Below are positions 40,055 through 50,340 of a stretch of DNA of 59,192 bases, one piece after another (position 1 is the first letter of the stretch; every line of letters begins with the position of its first letter). The stretch covers positions 1 through 59,192 of the forward strand of contig JBELFK010000002.1 in the NCBI GenBank assembly GCA_042092935.1, read 5' to 3'. This stretch comes from Paracoccaceae bacterium (GTDB taxonomy: Bacteria > Pseudomonadota > Alphaproteobacteria > Rhodobacterales > Rhodobacteraceae). The notes under the pieces were generated by a model that worked only from the letters and a program-made list of their open reading frames with translations, had not been told where the DNA came from and ran no database searches. Both the position numbers and the translations under genes were made by a program.

Positions 40055-40509
40055 CCAAGCATCGCCTTGACCTTCGGGCCGACCGATCCAAAATCCATCT
40101 GGCCGGTGTATTTCGATTTCAAGGCGCCCATGACTTTGCCCATGTCGCGGATCGATTCTGCGCCGACAGACGCGATGGCATCCTCAATCGCCTTGCTGAC
40201 CGCATCGTCATCCAATTGCGCTGGGAGGAATTCTTCAATCACGACGATCTCGGCCAATTCTTTTTCGGCGAGTTCCAAACGGCCACCTTCCTGGTAGGTG
40301 CGTGCGCTTTCCTGGCGTTGTTTCACCATTTTCCCGAGGATACCGAGGATTTCATCGTCGCCAACACCGGCGTCATTGCCGTCCGCGCGCGCCGCAATGT
40401 CTCGGTCTTTGATCGCTGCGTTGATAAGGCGCAAAGTGGACAGACGCGCTGCCGCTTTGTTTTTCATCGCGACTTTGAGTTCTAAAGTCACCTGTTCACG
40501 CAAAGACAT
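40051..40509 (-). CDS. GatB/YqeY-domain protein
   Basis: 152 aa (LREQVTLELKVAMKNK...). Convergent 4-nt overlap with the upstream gene. Confidence 0.88.
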   Translation of the reverse strand: MSLREQVTLELKVAMKNKAAARLSTLRLINAAIKDRDIAARADGNDAGVGDDEILGILGKMVKQRQESARTYQEGGRLELAEKELAEIVVIEEFLPAQLDDDAVSKAIEDAIASVGAESIRDMGKVMGALKSKYTGQMDFGSVGPKVKAMLG

Positions 40510-40596
40510 GGCATTCCCCTTTTGCTGTGCGCGTCCTCATACTGGCAGTTTTCCCTCGGAGCAAGCGAAAGCCTGAAATCACCGTGCGACACGGCC

Positions 40597-40625
40597 TTGA
40601 CACCCCCCTGACCCAAGCCTAGTTT
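40597..40625 (+). promoter_or_regulatory. Candidate sigma-70 promoter for carA
   Basis: TTGACA (40597..40602)-N17-TAGTTT (40620..40625), with the -10 ending 34 nt upstream of the carA ATG. Confidence 0.3.
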
Positions 40626-40659
40626 CCGCGCGATTTAGCCGCCTTTTTATGAGGATTCC

Positions 40660-41814
40660 ATGACCTCCACTTTGCCCCGTCCAACCGCGTGCCTCGCTCT
40701 AGCTGATGGAACAGTTTTTTATGGTCGTGGGTTCGGGGCAACCGGCAACACGACGGCGGAACTCTGCTTCAATACGGCGATGACGGGCTATCAGGAAATC
40801 ATGACGGACCCGTCCTATGCGGGCCAGATTGTCACGTTTACCTTCCCCCACATTGGCAACACCGGGGTCACACCCGAAGACGATGAAACGGCTGATCCGG
40901 TTGCCGCGGGCATGGTCGTGAAATGGGATCCGACGGAACCCTCAAACTGGCGGTCTGTGGAAAACCTAAACACTTGGTTGACGTCTCGCGGTCGCATCGC
41001 GATTGGCGGCATTGACACGCGGCGCCTGACACGGGCGATCAGACAGCAGGGTGCTCCGCATGTGGCGCTTGCACATGATCCCGACGGAAATTTCGACATC
41101 GAGGCGCTTGTGGCACAAGCCCGCGCATTTTCGGGGCTTGAGGGGCTGGATTTGGCCAAGGAAGTGACCTGCGCGCAGTCCTATCGGTGGGACGAGATGC
41201 GGTGGGCATGGCCCGATGGCTATCCCCGTCAGGACGCGCCAAAACACAAAGTCGTTGCCATCGACTACGGTGCCAAACGCAACATTCTACGCTGTCTTGC
41301 AAGCGCTGGGTGTGACGTCACGGTCCTGCCAGCCTCGGCGACGGCCGAAGACGTTCTGGCCCATAATCCAGACGGAGTTTTCCTGTCAAATGGCCCCGGC
41401 GATCCGGCAGCTACGGGCGAATATGCCGTGCCGATGATAAAATCGATCCTGAACGATACCGATCTTCCGATCTTCGGCATTTGTCTTGGCCACCAAATGC
41501 TTGCTTTGGCCTTGGGCGCGCAAACGATCAAGATGAACCACGGCCATCACGGCGCGAACCATCCGGTCAAAGACCACACAACCGGCAAGGTCGAAATCAC
41601 CTCGATGAACCACGGTTTCGCGGTGGATGCACAAACCCTGCCTGAGGGCGTTGAAGAAAGCCACGTGTCGCTGTTTGACGGGTCTAACTGCGGGATTCGC
41701 ATGACCGATCGCCCCGTGTTCAGCGTTCAGCACCACCCCGAGGCCAGCCCCGGCCCGCAGGACAGCTTCTATCTTTTCGAACGCTTCGCCGACGCAATGG
41801 CCGCAAACGCTTAA
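40660..41814 (+). CDS. carA: Carbamoyl-phosphate synthase small (glutamine amidotransferase) subunit
   Basis: 384 aa with the GATase triad context GICLGHQ and HHPE. GAGGA SD upstream. Confidence 0.95.
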   Translation: MTSTLPRPTACLALADGTVFYGRGFGATGNTTAELCFNTAMTGYQEIMTDPSYAGQIVTFTFPHIGNTGVTPEDDETADPVAAGMVVKWDPTEPSNWRSVENLNTWLTSRGRIAIGGIDTRRLTRAIRQQGAPHVALAHDPDGNFDIEALVAQARAFSGLEGLDLAKEVTCAQSYRWDEMRWAWPDGYPRQDAPKHKVVAIDYGAKRNILRCLASAGCDVTVLPASATAEDVLAHNPDGVFLSNGPGDPAATGEYAVPMIKSILNDTDLPIFGICLGHQMLALALGAQTIKMNHGHHGANHPVKDHTTGKVEITSMNHGFAVDAQTLPEGVEESHVSLFDGSNCGIRMTDRPVFSVQHHPEASPGPQDSFYLFERFADAMAANA

Positions 41815-41874
41815 TTCTTATCCGTTTTTTAACGGTGTTTAGCCACCCTGCCCGTAGTCACTTCGGGCAGGTAG

Positions 41875-43734
41875 ATGAACCAAGTCACATCCCATTTTCG
41901 ACGTCTCGGCGAACGCAGCCCCGCGCCTGATCGTATTCCGTTGGGTCAGCAATTGCTTGCCTCGGGCGTGATTTCTGTGGCCGATCTGCTTGACGGGCTG
42001 TCGCTCCACAAAGGGCTGAACATCCCGCTCGGCAAGGCCCTTTTGGCCCAAGGACGATTGTCTGAGGTTGATTTATACGACCACCTTGCGTTGCAATGGG
42101 AAAAACCACGCCAACGCAACCTCGGATACCTCGATCGTGACCTTCTTGGGGCCATCGGTCTTGATTTTTGCTTGCGCCACAGGGTGATACCATTCGGGAT
42201 CGTGGACGGCGTTTTGCGTGTTGCCGTCAGCGACCTGTCGGATTTCAATGCAGCTTATGCCGACCTGGAAGATCAGTTTGGCCTTGTCACCCCGGTCATC
42301 AGCTCTCCGGCTGAGGTTGACGCGGCGATCCAGGCTGTCTTTTCGACGGAATTGGCGGATCGCGCTGCGCATGACATTCCCAAATCCGAAAGCTGTCGCG
42401 GCTTGGCCGAAAACACGCGACGCCGCAGCGTTGTCGGGGCCTTGGTCGTGCTGTTGCTTTTGTCATTGACGGTTGTTTGGCCCGCTCAGGTTTTGGTGAG
42501 TTTGACAGTCCTTTCGATCACCCTGTCCCTCTCGTCCGCCGCTTTAAAAACCTTGGCGCTATTTTCACATGTCCTGCCCGCGCGCGTGGCGTCGAAACCC
42601 GCAGATGATCTGCCTGTTCACCCCGTCGTTTCGATCATGGTTCCTTTGCACCGCGAACCAGACATTGCCGAGGCTTTGATTGAACGTCTCTCACGCCTCA
42701 GCTACCCAAAGCCGCTGCTGGAAATCCTCTTGGTGATTGAAGAAAACGACACCACGACCCGCGACGCCATAGAAGACGCCGAGCTGCCAAATTGGATGAA
42801 ACCCGTGTTCGTCCCCGAAGGGCAGCCAAAGACCAAACCGCGCGCCTTGAACCATGCCTATAAATTCTGCCGGGGCGACATCATCGGTATCTACGACGCC
42901 GAAGACATGCCCGCGCCTGACCAGATCGAAAGGGTGATCGCGCAATTCAAAACCTCAGGCCCCGAGGTCGCCTGCCTGCAAGGGATACTGCAATTCTACA
43001 ACCCGCGACAAAACTGGTTGGCGCGGTGTTTCACGATGGATTACGCCGGATGGTTTCGGATTATTCTGCCCGGACTGGCGCGGTTGGGCCTGCCGGTTCC
43101 TCTGGGCGGCACAACGCTTTTCTTGAAACGATCCGCGATCGACAAAATGCACGGCTGGGACGCCTACAATGTGACCGAGGACGCCGATCTGGGGCTAAGA
43201 CTGCACCGTGCGGGCTATCGAACCCACCTTGTCGATTCGATCACCGGAGAAGAGGCCAACTGCCATGGCTGGCGCTGGATTCGACAACGCTCGCGGTGGA
43301 TCAAAGGGTACATGGTGACCTATTGGGCCCATATGCGCCAGCCGCTCGGCCTGATGCGTGGTCTCGGATTCGGTGGTTTTCTGGCCTTTCAGATTCTGTT
43401 TCTTGGAACAATTCTGCATTTCATGACAGCACCGCTGCTCTGGTCCTTTTGGCTGGTCTATTTCGGCATAAACCACGCCTTTTTCAACGCCGTCCCACCG
43501 GGCCTTGTCGCGATAACGGCCCTGTCATTCCTGATGGTTGAGGTGTTGGGAATGGTCATCCTCGGGCTGGCATGCATCCGCGCGGATCGGCGGTTCCTGT
43601 TGCCGTGGATCCCGACGATGAGCCTTTATTTTCTGCTCGCCGTTCCAGCAGGACTGAAAGCCTTGTGGGAGTTTTTTCGCGCCCCGGTTTTTTGGGACAA
43701 GACCGACCATGGCCATAGCCTGAAGCCGGACTAA
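41875..43734 (+). CDS. Family-2 glycosyltransferase (processive synthase type) with an N-terminal T2SS-E/MshEN-like domain
   Basis: 619 aa. Two 24-residue LGxxLLxxG..L...L..Q/H repeats occupy residues 22-45 and 51-74, separated by a 5-residue spacer. The GT2 core carries DAED, TED and QRSRW motifs. TM helices lie before and after the catalytic core. Confidence 0.85.
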   Translation: MNQVTSHFRRLGERSPAPDRIPLGQQLLASGVISVADLLDGLSLHKGLNIPLGKALLAQGRLSEVDLYDHLALQWEKPRQRNLGYLDRDLLGAIGLDFCLRHRVIPFGIVDGVLRVAVSDLSDFNAAYADLEDQFGLVTPVISSPAEVDAAIQAVFSTELADRAAHDIPKSESCRGLAENTRRRSVVGALVVLLLLSLTVVWPAQVLVSLTVLSITLSLSSAALKTLALFSHVLPARVASKPADDLPVHPVVSIMVPLHREPDIAEALIERLSRLSYPKPLLEILLVIEENDTTTRDAIEDAELPNWMKPVFVPEGQPKTKPRALNHAYKFCRGDIIGIYDAEDMPAPDQIERVIAQFKTSGPEVACLQGILQFYNPRQNWLARCFTMDYAGWFRIILPGLARLGLPVPLGGTTLFLKRSAIDKMHGWDAYNVTEDADLGLRLHRAGYRTHLVDSITGEEANCHGWRWIRQRSRWIKGYMVTYWAHMRQPLGLMRGLGFGGFLAFQILFLGTILHFMTAPLLWSFWLVYFGINHAFFNAVPPGLVAITALSFLMVEVLGMVILGLACIRADRRFLLPWIPTMSLYFLLAVPAGLKALWEFFRAPVFWDKTDHGHSLKPD

Positions 43735-44378
43735 AGCGTATCACTCTCTGCTTCGGCGCGAAGTCGCGTCACAAAAGCGGTCGAGATATGCGCCTTGAGC
43801 GCCGCATAGGCAGCATCGCCATCCGAATTCTCAATCGCCGTCACGATCTGATCGTGCTCGTCCAAAGCGGTTTCGTCCCGCCCCTCGGCCGCCAATGAGG
43901 TCGTCGCCATAAGCGCCATCGTGCGATACACCAAATCCAATTGCTGAACGAGGTAGCGATTGTGCGAGGCAAGATGAATCATCTTGTGAAACCGTCGGTT
44001 CGTGCGCGCCAAGGTCACCGGATCGCCAAGATGCTCGCGGTCCTGCTCGACCAAGTCCCTCAGGATGTTCTTTTCTTCAATCGTCGCATGGTTCGACGCC
44101 AGCCGCGCCGCCAACGCCTCAAGTTCCGAGCGCACGACGTAAAGCTCGGACAGTTGGTTATGATCCAACGCGGCCACGATCAGACTGCGCCCGTCGCGCG
44201 TCAACAGAGACTGCGTTTCAAGCCGCTGAAGCGCCTCGCGGATCGGGGTGCGTGAGACGCCAAACCGGTCCGCCAAATCGCTTTCGACCAAGCGATCCCC
44301 GGGCCTGTAGGTGCCCACGTCAATCGCCTCGAGTATCAGCGTATAGGCGTCTTTCTGGTTTTGTCGAGAATCGACCAT
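43731..44378 (-). CDS. GntR-family (FadR/FCD subfamily) transcriptional regulator
   Basis: 215 aa with an N-terminal wHTH (SDLADRFGVSRTPIREALQRL) and a C-terminal FCD-like helical domain. Confidence 0.88.
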   Translation of the reverse strand: MVDSRQNQKDAYTLILEAIDVGTYRPGDRLVESDLADRFGVSRTPIREALQRLETQSLLTRDGRSLIVAALDHNQLSELYVVRSELEALAARLASNHATIEEKNILRDLVEQDREHLGDPVTLARTNRRFHKMIHLASHNRYLVQQLDLVYRTMALMATTSLAAEGRDETALDEHDQIVTAIENSDGDAAYAALKAHISTAFVTRLRAEAESDTL

Positions 44379-44482
44379 CGTTGCATTTCCCCGTCATTTT
44401 GCGACGACACTAGGGTGTTGGGCGCATAGCAATCAAGACTTTGCCCTTGAATAAGCCTATCTGGAAGCAATAGCGTGCGCAC

Positions 44483-45127
44483 ATGCCACGGAATGCATTT
44501 TCTCATGTCGAATTCTGGGTCTTTGACCTGGATAATACGCTCTACCCTCCGTCCGTTCGCCTGTTCGATCAGATTGAAGTGCGCATGACGCAATATGTGA
44601 TGGACGCGCTTGGCATTGCGCGGCCCGAAGCCAACCATTTGCGCGTGGCCTATTGGCAGAAATACGGCACCACGCTGGCAGGCCTCATGCGTGAACACGA
44701 CGTTGATCCGACCCCCTATCTGACAACGGTGCACGACATCGATTTCTCGGGTCTAAGTGTTGACGACCGACTGGCCGAGCAGATCGAAGCCCTTCCAGGC
44801 CGCAAGATCGTCTACACGAATGGATCGATCCCTTACGCCGAACGCGTTCTCGAAGCGCGCGGCATCAAGGCACCATTCGATGCGATTTACGGCGTGGAAT
44901 CGGCTGATTTTCTGCCCAAACCCGAGGCCAAAGCCTTTGAAACTGTTTTTGCAAAAGACGGAGTCACGGCAAAAAAGGCCGCAATGTTCGAAGACGACCA
45001 CCGCAACCTTGAGGCCCCGCACGCCATGGGCATGAAAACCGTCCACGTCGCCGACGCGCAAATTGATGCAGATCACATCCACCACCACACCGATGACCTA
45101 TCAGCTTTCCTTGACCGCTTGCTGTAA
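44483..45127 (+). CDS. Pyrimidine 5'-nucleotidase (HAD superfamily)
   Basis: 214 aa with motif I (VFDLDNTLY) and a C-terminal FEDD motif. Confidence 0.8.
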   Translation: MPRNAFSHVEFWVFDLDNTLYPPSVRLFDQIEVRMTQYVMDALGIARPEANHLRVAYWQKYGTTLAGLMREHDVDPTPYLTTVHDIDFSGLSVDDRLAEQIEALPGRKIVYTNGSIPYAERVLEARGIKAPFDAIYGVESADFLPKPEAKAFETVFAKDGVTAKKAAMFEDDHRNLEAPHAMGMKTVHVADAQIDADHIHHHTDDLSAFLDRLL

Positions 45128-45182
45128 CTAAACAGGCGTCATGTCGAACATGATTTGGCCATCACGAACACCGGAGACGTAA

Positions 45183-46388
45183 ATGAGCGAAGCAACAAAC
45201 GCTGACATTTTGGTTTCCGGCGGCGGCATCGCAGGCTTAACGGCGGCCGCGGCCTTTGGCGCACGTGGCTTTGACGTCATTTGCGTCGATCCCACACCCC
45301 CCGTGACCGAACGCGATGCGCAAGGGTCAGATCTTCGCACGACGGCCTTTTTGCAACCCTCGCAATCCCTGCTGCAAAGCATAGGGCTTTGGGACCGCTA
45401 TGCGCCCCACGCGGCGGCGTTGCAAACGATGCGGATTGTCGATGCGGGCGGCCAAGTGGAAGAACCGCGGTTGGTCAAAGAATTCCACGCCAATGAGATT
45501 TCCGAGAAACCATTCGGCTGGAATCTGCCCAACTGGCTGCTGCGACGAGAATTGCTAGCCTTCCTGCACGACATGCCGAATGTTGATTTTCGTCAAGGGG
45601 TTGGATCGCGTTCTTTATTCACCCGCACACAAGAGGCCCGCGTCGGCTTGACGGATGGCAGCCAAGTTCGCTGCAAGCTGGTCGTCGCGGCTGACGGCCG
45701 CGCCTCTCGGATTCGCGAGGCCGCGGGCATTGAGGTGAAAACCATGCGCTACGGGCAAAAAGCGCTCGCCTTTGCGGTCACGCATCCCAAACCGCACGAG
45801 AATGTCTCGACCGAAATCCACCGCTCAGGCGGGCCATTCACCCTTGTGCCCTTGCCCGACTACCAAGGCAAAAACTCTTCCGCGATCGTTTGGATGGAAA
45901 CTGGCCCCGAGGTGGACCGCCTCGCCAATCTTTCGACCAAAGACTTCGAAAGTGCGATGAACGACCGGTCGTGCGGGCTTTTCGGCCCGCTAACCCTCGC
46001 GTCCCGCAGAACCGTATGGCCGATCATCAGCCAAGTTGCGCAGCGCATGACCGCCGAGCGCGTCGCCCTTTTGGCCGAAGCCGCCCATGTGGTGCCCCCC
46101 ATCGGCGCTCAGGGCCTGAACATGAGCTTGGGTGATCTCGCCACCCTGCTTGATTTGGCCACCGCCAACCGATCCGATTTGGGCGGCCAACAAATGCTCG
46201 ACAGCTACCACAAGGCCCGCCACGGCGAGGTTCAAACCCGCGTCACCGGAATCGACCTACTTAATCGCGCTTCAATGGCTGAAAAGCAGCCCCTCAGAGA
46301 TGTTCGCGCCGCCGGATTGAACGCGCTTTATTCGCTGGCGCCGGTGCGTAAAACGCTGATGCAAATGGGGCTGGGTGTCAGGGGCTAA
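45183..46388 (+). CDS. UbiH/UbiF/VisC/COQ6-family FAD-dependent monooxygenase
   Basis: 401 aa with the dinucleotide fold GGGIAGLTAAAAF and the motifs DGRAS and GAQGLN. Confidence 0.85.
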   Translation: MSEATNADILVSGGGIAGLTAAAAFGARGFDVICVDPTPPVTERDAQGSDLRTTAFLQPSQSLLQSIGLWDRYAPHAAALQTMRIVDAGGQVEEPRLVKEFHANEISEKPFGWNLPNWLLRRELLAFLHDMPNVDFRQGVGSRSLFTRTQEARVGLTDGSQVRCKLVVAADGRASRIREAAGIEVKTMRYGQKALAFAVTHPKPHENVSTEIHRSGGPFTLVPLPDYQGKNSSAIVWMETGPEVDRLANLSTKDFESAMNDRSCGLFGPLTLASRRTVWPIISQVAQRMTAERVALLAEAAHVVPPIGAQGLNMSLGDLATLLDLATANRSDLGGQQMLDSYHKARHGEVQTRVTGIDLLNRASMAEKQPLRDVRAAGLNALYSLAPVRKTLMQMGLGVRG

Positions 46389-46392
46389 CCCC

Positions 46393-47520
46393 TCACAGAA
46401 CCTTGTCCAAAATCGTTTTCAAACGCGCCATCGCCCCATCAACGTCATAGAGCTTGTCCAAGCCGAACAATCCCAGACGGAATGTCGAAAAGCCAGCCGA
46501 TTCATCGCATTGCAGCGGAACCCCTGCTGCGATCTGCATCCCTTCGGCGGCAAACTTGCTGCCGTTTTGGATCGCTGGGTCGCGTGTATAGCTGACCACA
46601 ACACCTGGGGCGCCAAATCCTTCGGCGGCAACTGATTTAACTCCTTTTTCAGCCAACATGGCCCGCACGCCATTGCCCAAGGCCCATTGCGCCTGTTTCA
46701 GCTTGTCAAAACCATAAGTGCGGGTCTCAAGCATCGTGTCGCGGAACGCTTTCAACGCGTCTGTCGGCATGGTGGCATGATAGGCATGGCCGCCGCCTTC
46801 ATAGGCTTCCATGATCGTCCGCCATTTCTTCAGGTCGATCGCAAAGCTGCTGCTTGTGGTTTCGGCCAATCGAGCCGCCGCGCGCGCGTTCATCATCACG
46901 AGCCCCGCAGACGGTGACGCGGACCATCCCTTTTGCGGTGCCGAAATCAAAACATCGACCCCCGTGGCCTGCATATCTACCCAGACCGTCCCCGAGGCGA
47001 TGCAATCGAGAACCATCAGCGCCCCAACCTCATGGGCCGCATCCGCGAGGGCTTTGATATAGTCGTCGGGCAGGATCAAACCTGCCGCCGTCTCGACATG
47101 CGGAGCAAACACCACATCAGGCTTTGAAGCGCGGATTTCTGCGACCACATCGGCAATCGGCGCGGGCGCAAAGGGGGTTTCGGGGTCGTTGCCGGATTGA
47201 CGGGCTTTGCAGACCGTCACTTGATCCGCAAACCCACCCGTATCGAAAATTTGGCTCCACCGGAACGAAAAGAATCCGTTGCGCACCACCAAGGCATGGG
47301 CACCGCTTGCGAACTGACGCGCCACGGCCTCCATCGCATAAGTCCCGCCCCCCGGAACGATGGCCACCGCGTCCGCGTTGTAGACCTCTTTCAGCAACTC
47401 GTTGATATCCAGCATCACTTGGCGAAATTGCATCGACATGTGATTGAGAGAGCGATCCGTGAAAACCACCGAGTATTCCAGCATTCCATCCGGATCGACG
47501 TTGTCTAAAAGTGCAGCCAT
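46393..47520 (-). CDS. Class V (AGXT-like) PLP-dependent aminotransferase
   Basis: 375 aa with the PLP-lysine context SAPQKGW. Substrate not assignable. Confidence 0.8.
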   Translation of the reverse strand: MAALLDNVDPDGMLEYSVVFTDRSLNHMSMQFRQVMLDINELLKEVYNADAVAIVPGGGTYAMEAVARQFASGAHALVVRNGFFSFRWSQIFDTGGFADQVTVCKARQSGNDPETPFAPAPIADVVAEIRASKPDVVFAPHVETAAGLILPDDYIKALADAAHEVGALMVLDCIASGTVWVDMQATGVDVLISAPQKGWSASPSAGLVMMNARAAARLAETTSSSFAIDLKKWRTIMEAYEGGGHAYHATMPTDALKAFRDTMLETRTYGFDKLKQAQWALGNGVRAMLAEKGVKSVAAEGFGAPGVVVSYTRDPAIQNGSKFAAEGMQIAAGVPLQCDESAGFSTFRLGLFGLDKLYDVDGAMARLKTILDKVL

Positions 47521-47600
47521 CGGGCCCTCCTAAGCATTCAATTTTCAGAAATGGTTAGCGAAAGCAAAGGGGAAAGGCAAAGTCTACCTTCGTATGCCCA

Positions 47601-48059
47601 TCACCCGATTGGGCCGGGACGTCGTTCCTCGCTGAGCAGAACATTCGCCTCAACATCCCCGGCCCCGGGCAGCGTCATGATGCGCCGCCGCAATACCCGC
47701 TCAAAATCCGAGATGTCGCGTGCCACCACGCGCAAGCGATAGTCGTAAAGCCCAAGAACATGCTCAACTGACTGCACCTCGGGTATACCCGAGACGGCGC
47801 GCTCAAAGTCTTCGAGGCTGATCTGACCTTTACGGGCAAGTTTGACACCAAGGAACACAGTCACCCCAAACCCGAGCTTTTCCGCATCAAGCCGCAATCT
47901 GCGGCCCCGAATAACGCCCCCGTCTTGCAAGCGCTTGATCCGCCGCCAGGTCGCGGGTTGCGATAGGCCGAGTTTGCGACCGACGGCACTGGCGCTTTGC
48001 GTCGCATCGCCAACAAGCAACCGCAGGATTTTGCGGTCGATGGCATCCAGCGCAATCAT
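47601..48059 (-). CDS. Lrp/AsnC-family transcriptional regulator
   Basis: 152 aa with an HTH (LDAIDRKILRLL) and a C-terminal RAM/AsnC_trans_reg domain. Confidence 0.9.
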   Translation of the reverse strand: MIALDAIDRKILRLLVGDATQSASAVGRKLGLSQPATWRRIKRLQDGGVIRGRRLRLDAEKLGFGVTVFLGVKLARKGQISLEDFERAVSGIPEVQSVEHVLGLYDYRLRVVARDISDFERVLRRRIMTLPGAGDVEANVLLSEERRPGPIG

Positions 48060-48511
48060 ACTGGCAGCCCTTCGTCAGATTTCACCCGCGCGATATGCAT
48101 CAACGCCTCAATATCCGCGATATGCGGTAGGGTCAGAATGCGATCTCGGTAAAGCCTTTGGTAATGCTGCATATCGCGCGCTATCACCGACAGCCGCACA
48201 TCGACACGCCCCAGAAAGGTCTGGATCTCGACCACCTCAGCCACTTCGCGGCTGGCCGCCAGAAACTCATCAAACGCCCGCGCTTGCGTCTTGTCCAACG
48301 TGATCCGCAACGACACCTCGACCGCGTAACCCAAGGCCGTCCAGTCGATCACGGCCTGTTGCCCCTGAATGACCCCCGTTTCCTGCATTTTCTCGACCCG
48401 CCGCCAACAGGTTGCTGCCGTCATCCGACATCTCTCGGCAAGCTCGGCCGCGCTAAGCGATGGGTCCGCCTGATAATGCCGAAGAATCCGTCTGTCCAAA
48501 TCATCAAGCAT
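48056..48511 (-). CDS. Lrp/AsnC-family transcriptional regulator (second copy, overlapping)
   Basis: 151 aa from the ATG at 48511 (MLDDLDRRILRHY...). Its stop overlaps the downstream Lrp start by 4 nt. Confidence 0.85.
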   Translation of the reverse strand: MLDDLDRRILRHYQADPSLSAAELAERCRMTAATCWRRVEKMQETGVIQGQQAVIDWTALGYAVEVSLRITLDKTQARAFDEFLAASREVAEVVEIQTFLGRVDVRLSVIARDMQHYQRLYRDRILTLPHIADIEALMHIARVKSDEGLPV

Positions 48512-48608
48512 GATTTCACTCACATTTCGCCATATCACGAATGATATTTCATCTTTCTGATAAATACTCATACAAAACGCAATCGAATTCGTGAAACATC
48601 ACCGATAG

Positions 48609-49664
<1,056 letters not shown>

Positions 49665-49710
49665 GACTTGGTCTTATTGATTTTCACCTGACTTTTGGTC
49701 CGGTGGCGCG

Positions 49711-49746
49711 AAACGGCTCTGACTTGCGTCAGGGCCGTTTTTGTTT
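49711..49746 (+). terminator. Rho-independent terminator after ilvC
   Basis: AAACGGCTCTGAC-ttgc-GTCAGGGCCGTTT (one G.U pair) followed by TTTTTGTTT. Confidence 0.75.
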
Positions 49747-49814
49747 GCCTCAGGATCGGACTTTGGCCGCGCGGGCGATCATGCTAACCTCCATCGCCGC
49801 AACAGGAGATCACA

Positions 49815-50276
49815 ATGTCATTTGAAAAGAAATCTTTACCCGCCCAATCCTATATCTACGTTGAACGCGAGGTGCCTTATGGACCTGAGATCGGTCCTGC
49901 CATGGGCTCGGCATTTGGCGAGGTGTTCGGCTTTGTCGGCCAAAATGGGCTGACGCCCCTTGCCATGCCGATGTCTGTTTACACAGGCATGGACCCGAAA
50001 ATCTTGCGCTTTCAGGGCGGTGTGATCGTCTCGGCGGACGATGCCGCCAAGGCCAGTGGCAACATAAAAGCGGGCGAACTGCCGGCTGGTGACGTGCTGA
50101 CAACGACCCACATTGGCGCTTACGACAATCTCAGTGAAACGCACAAAGCCATGTGGGCGCATATTGCTGAAAACGGCATGGAAGTGGCCATGCCAATCTG
50201 GGAAATCTACGTTGATGATCCCGAAACCGTTGCCCCCGAAGACGTCAGAACCGAGGTTTTCTGCGCCCTTAAATAG
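49815..50276 (+). CDS. GyrI-like small-molecule-binding domain protein
   Basis: 153 aa with the SOUL/GyrI-like pattern (YIYVER...THIGAYDNLSETHKAMW...WEIYVDDP). Confidence 0.72.
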   Translation: MSFEKKSLPAQSYIYVEREVPYGPEIGPAMGSAFGEVFGFVGQNGLTPLAMPMSVYTGMDPKILRFQGGVIVSADDAAKASGNIKAGELPAGDVLTTTHIGAYDNLSETHKAMWAHIAENGMEVAMPIWEIYVDDPETVAPEDVRTEVFCALK

Positions 50277-50290
50277 CGCTAAGCCAAGGA

Positions 50291-50318
50291 AAAAGGGTCG
50301 GCGACAACCGACCCTTTT
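50291..50318. terminator. Bidirectional terminator hairpin between convergent genes
   Basis: AAAAGGGTCGG-cgacaa-CCGACCCTTTT, a perfect 11-bp arm flanked by A and T runs on both strands. Confidence 0.7.
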
Positions 50319-50340
50319 CAAATTTCGTGCGCGACCGCGG

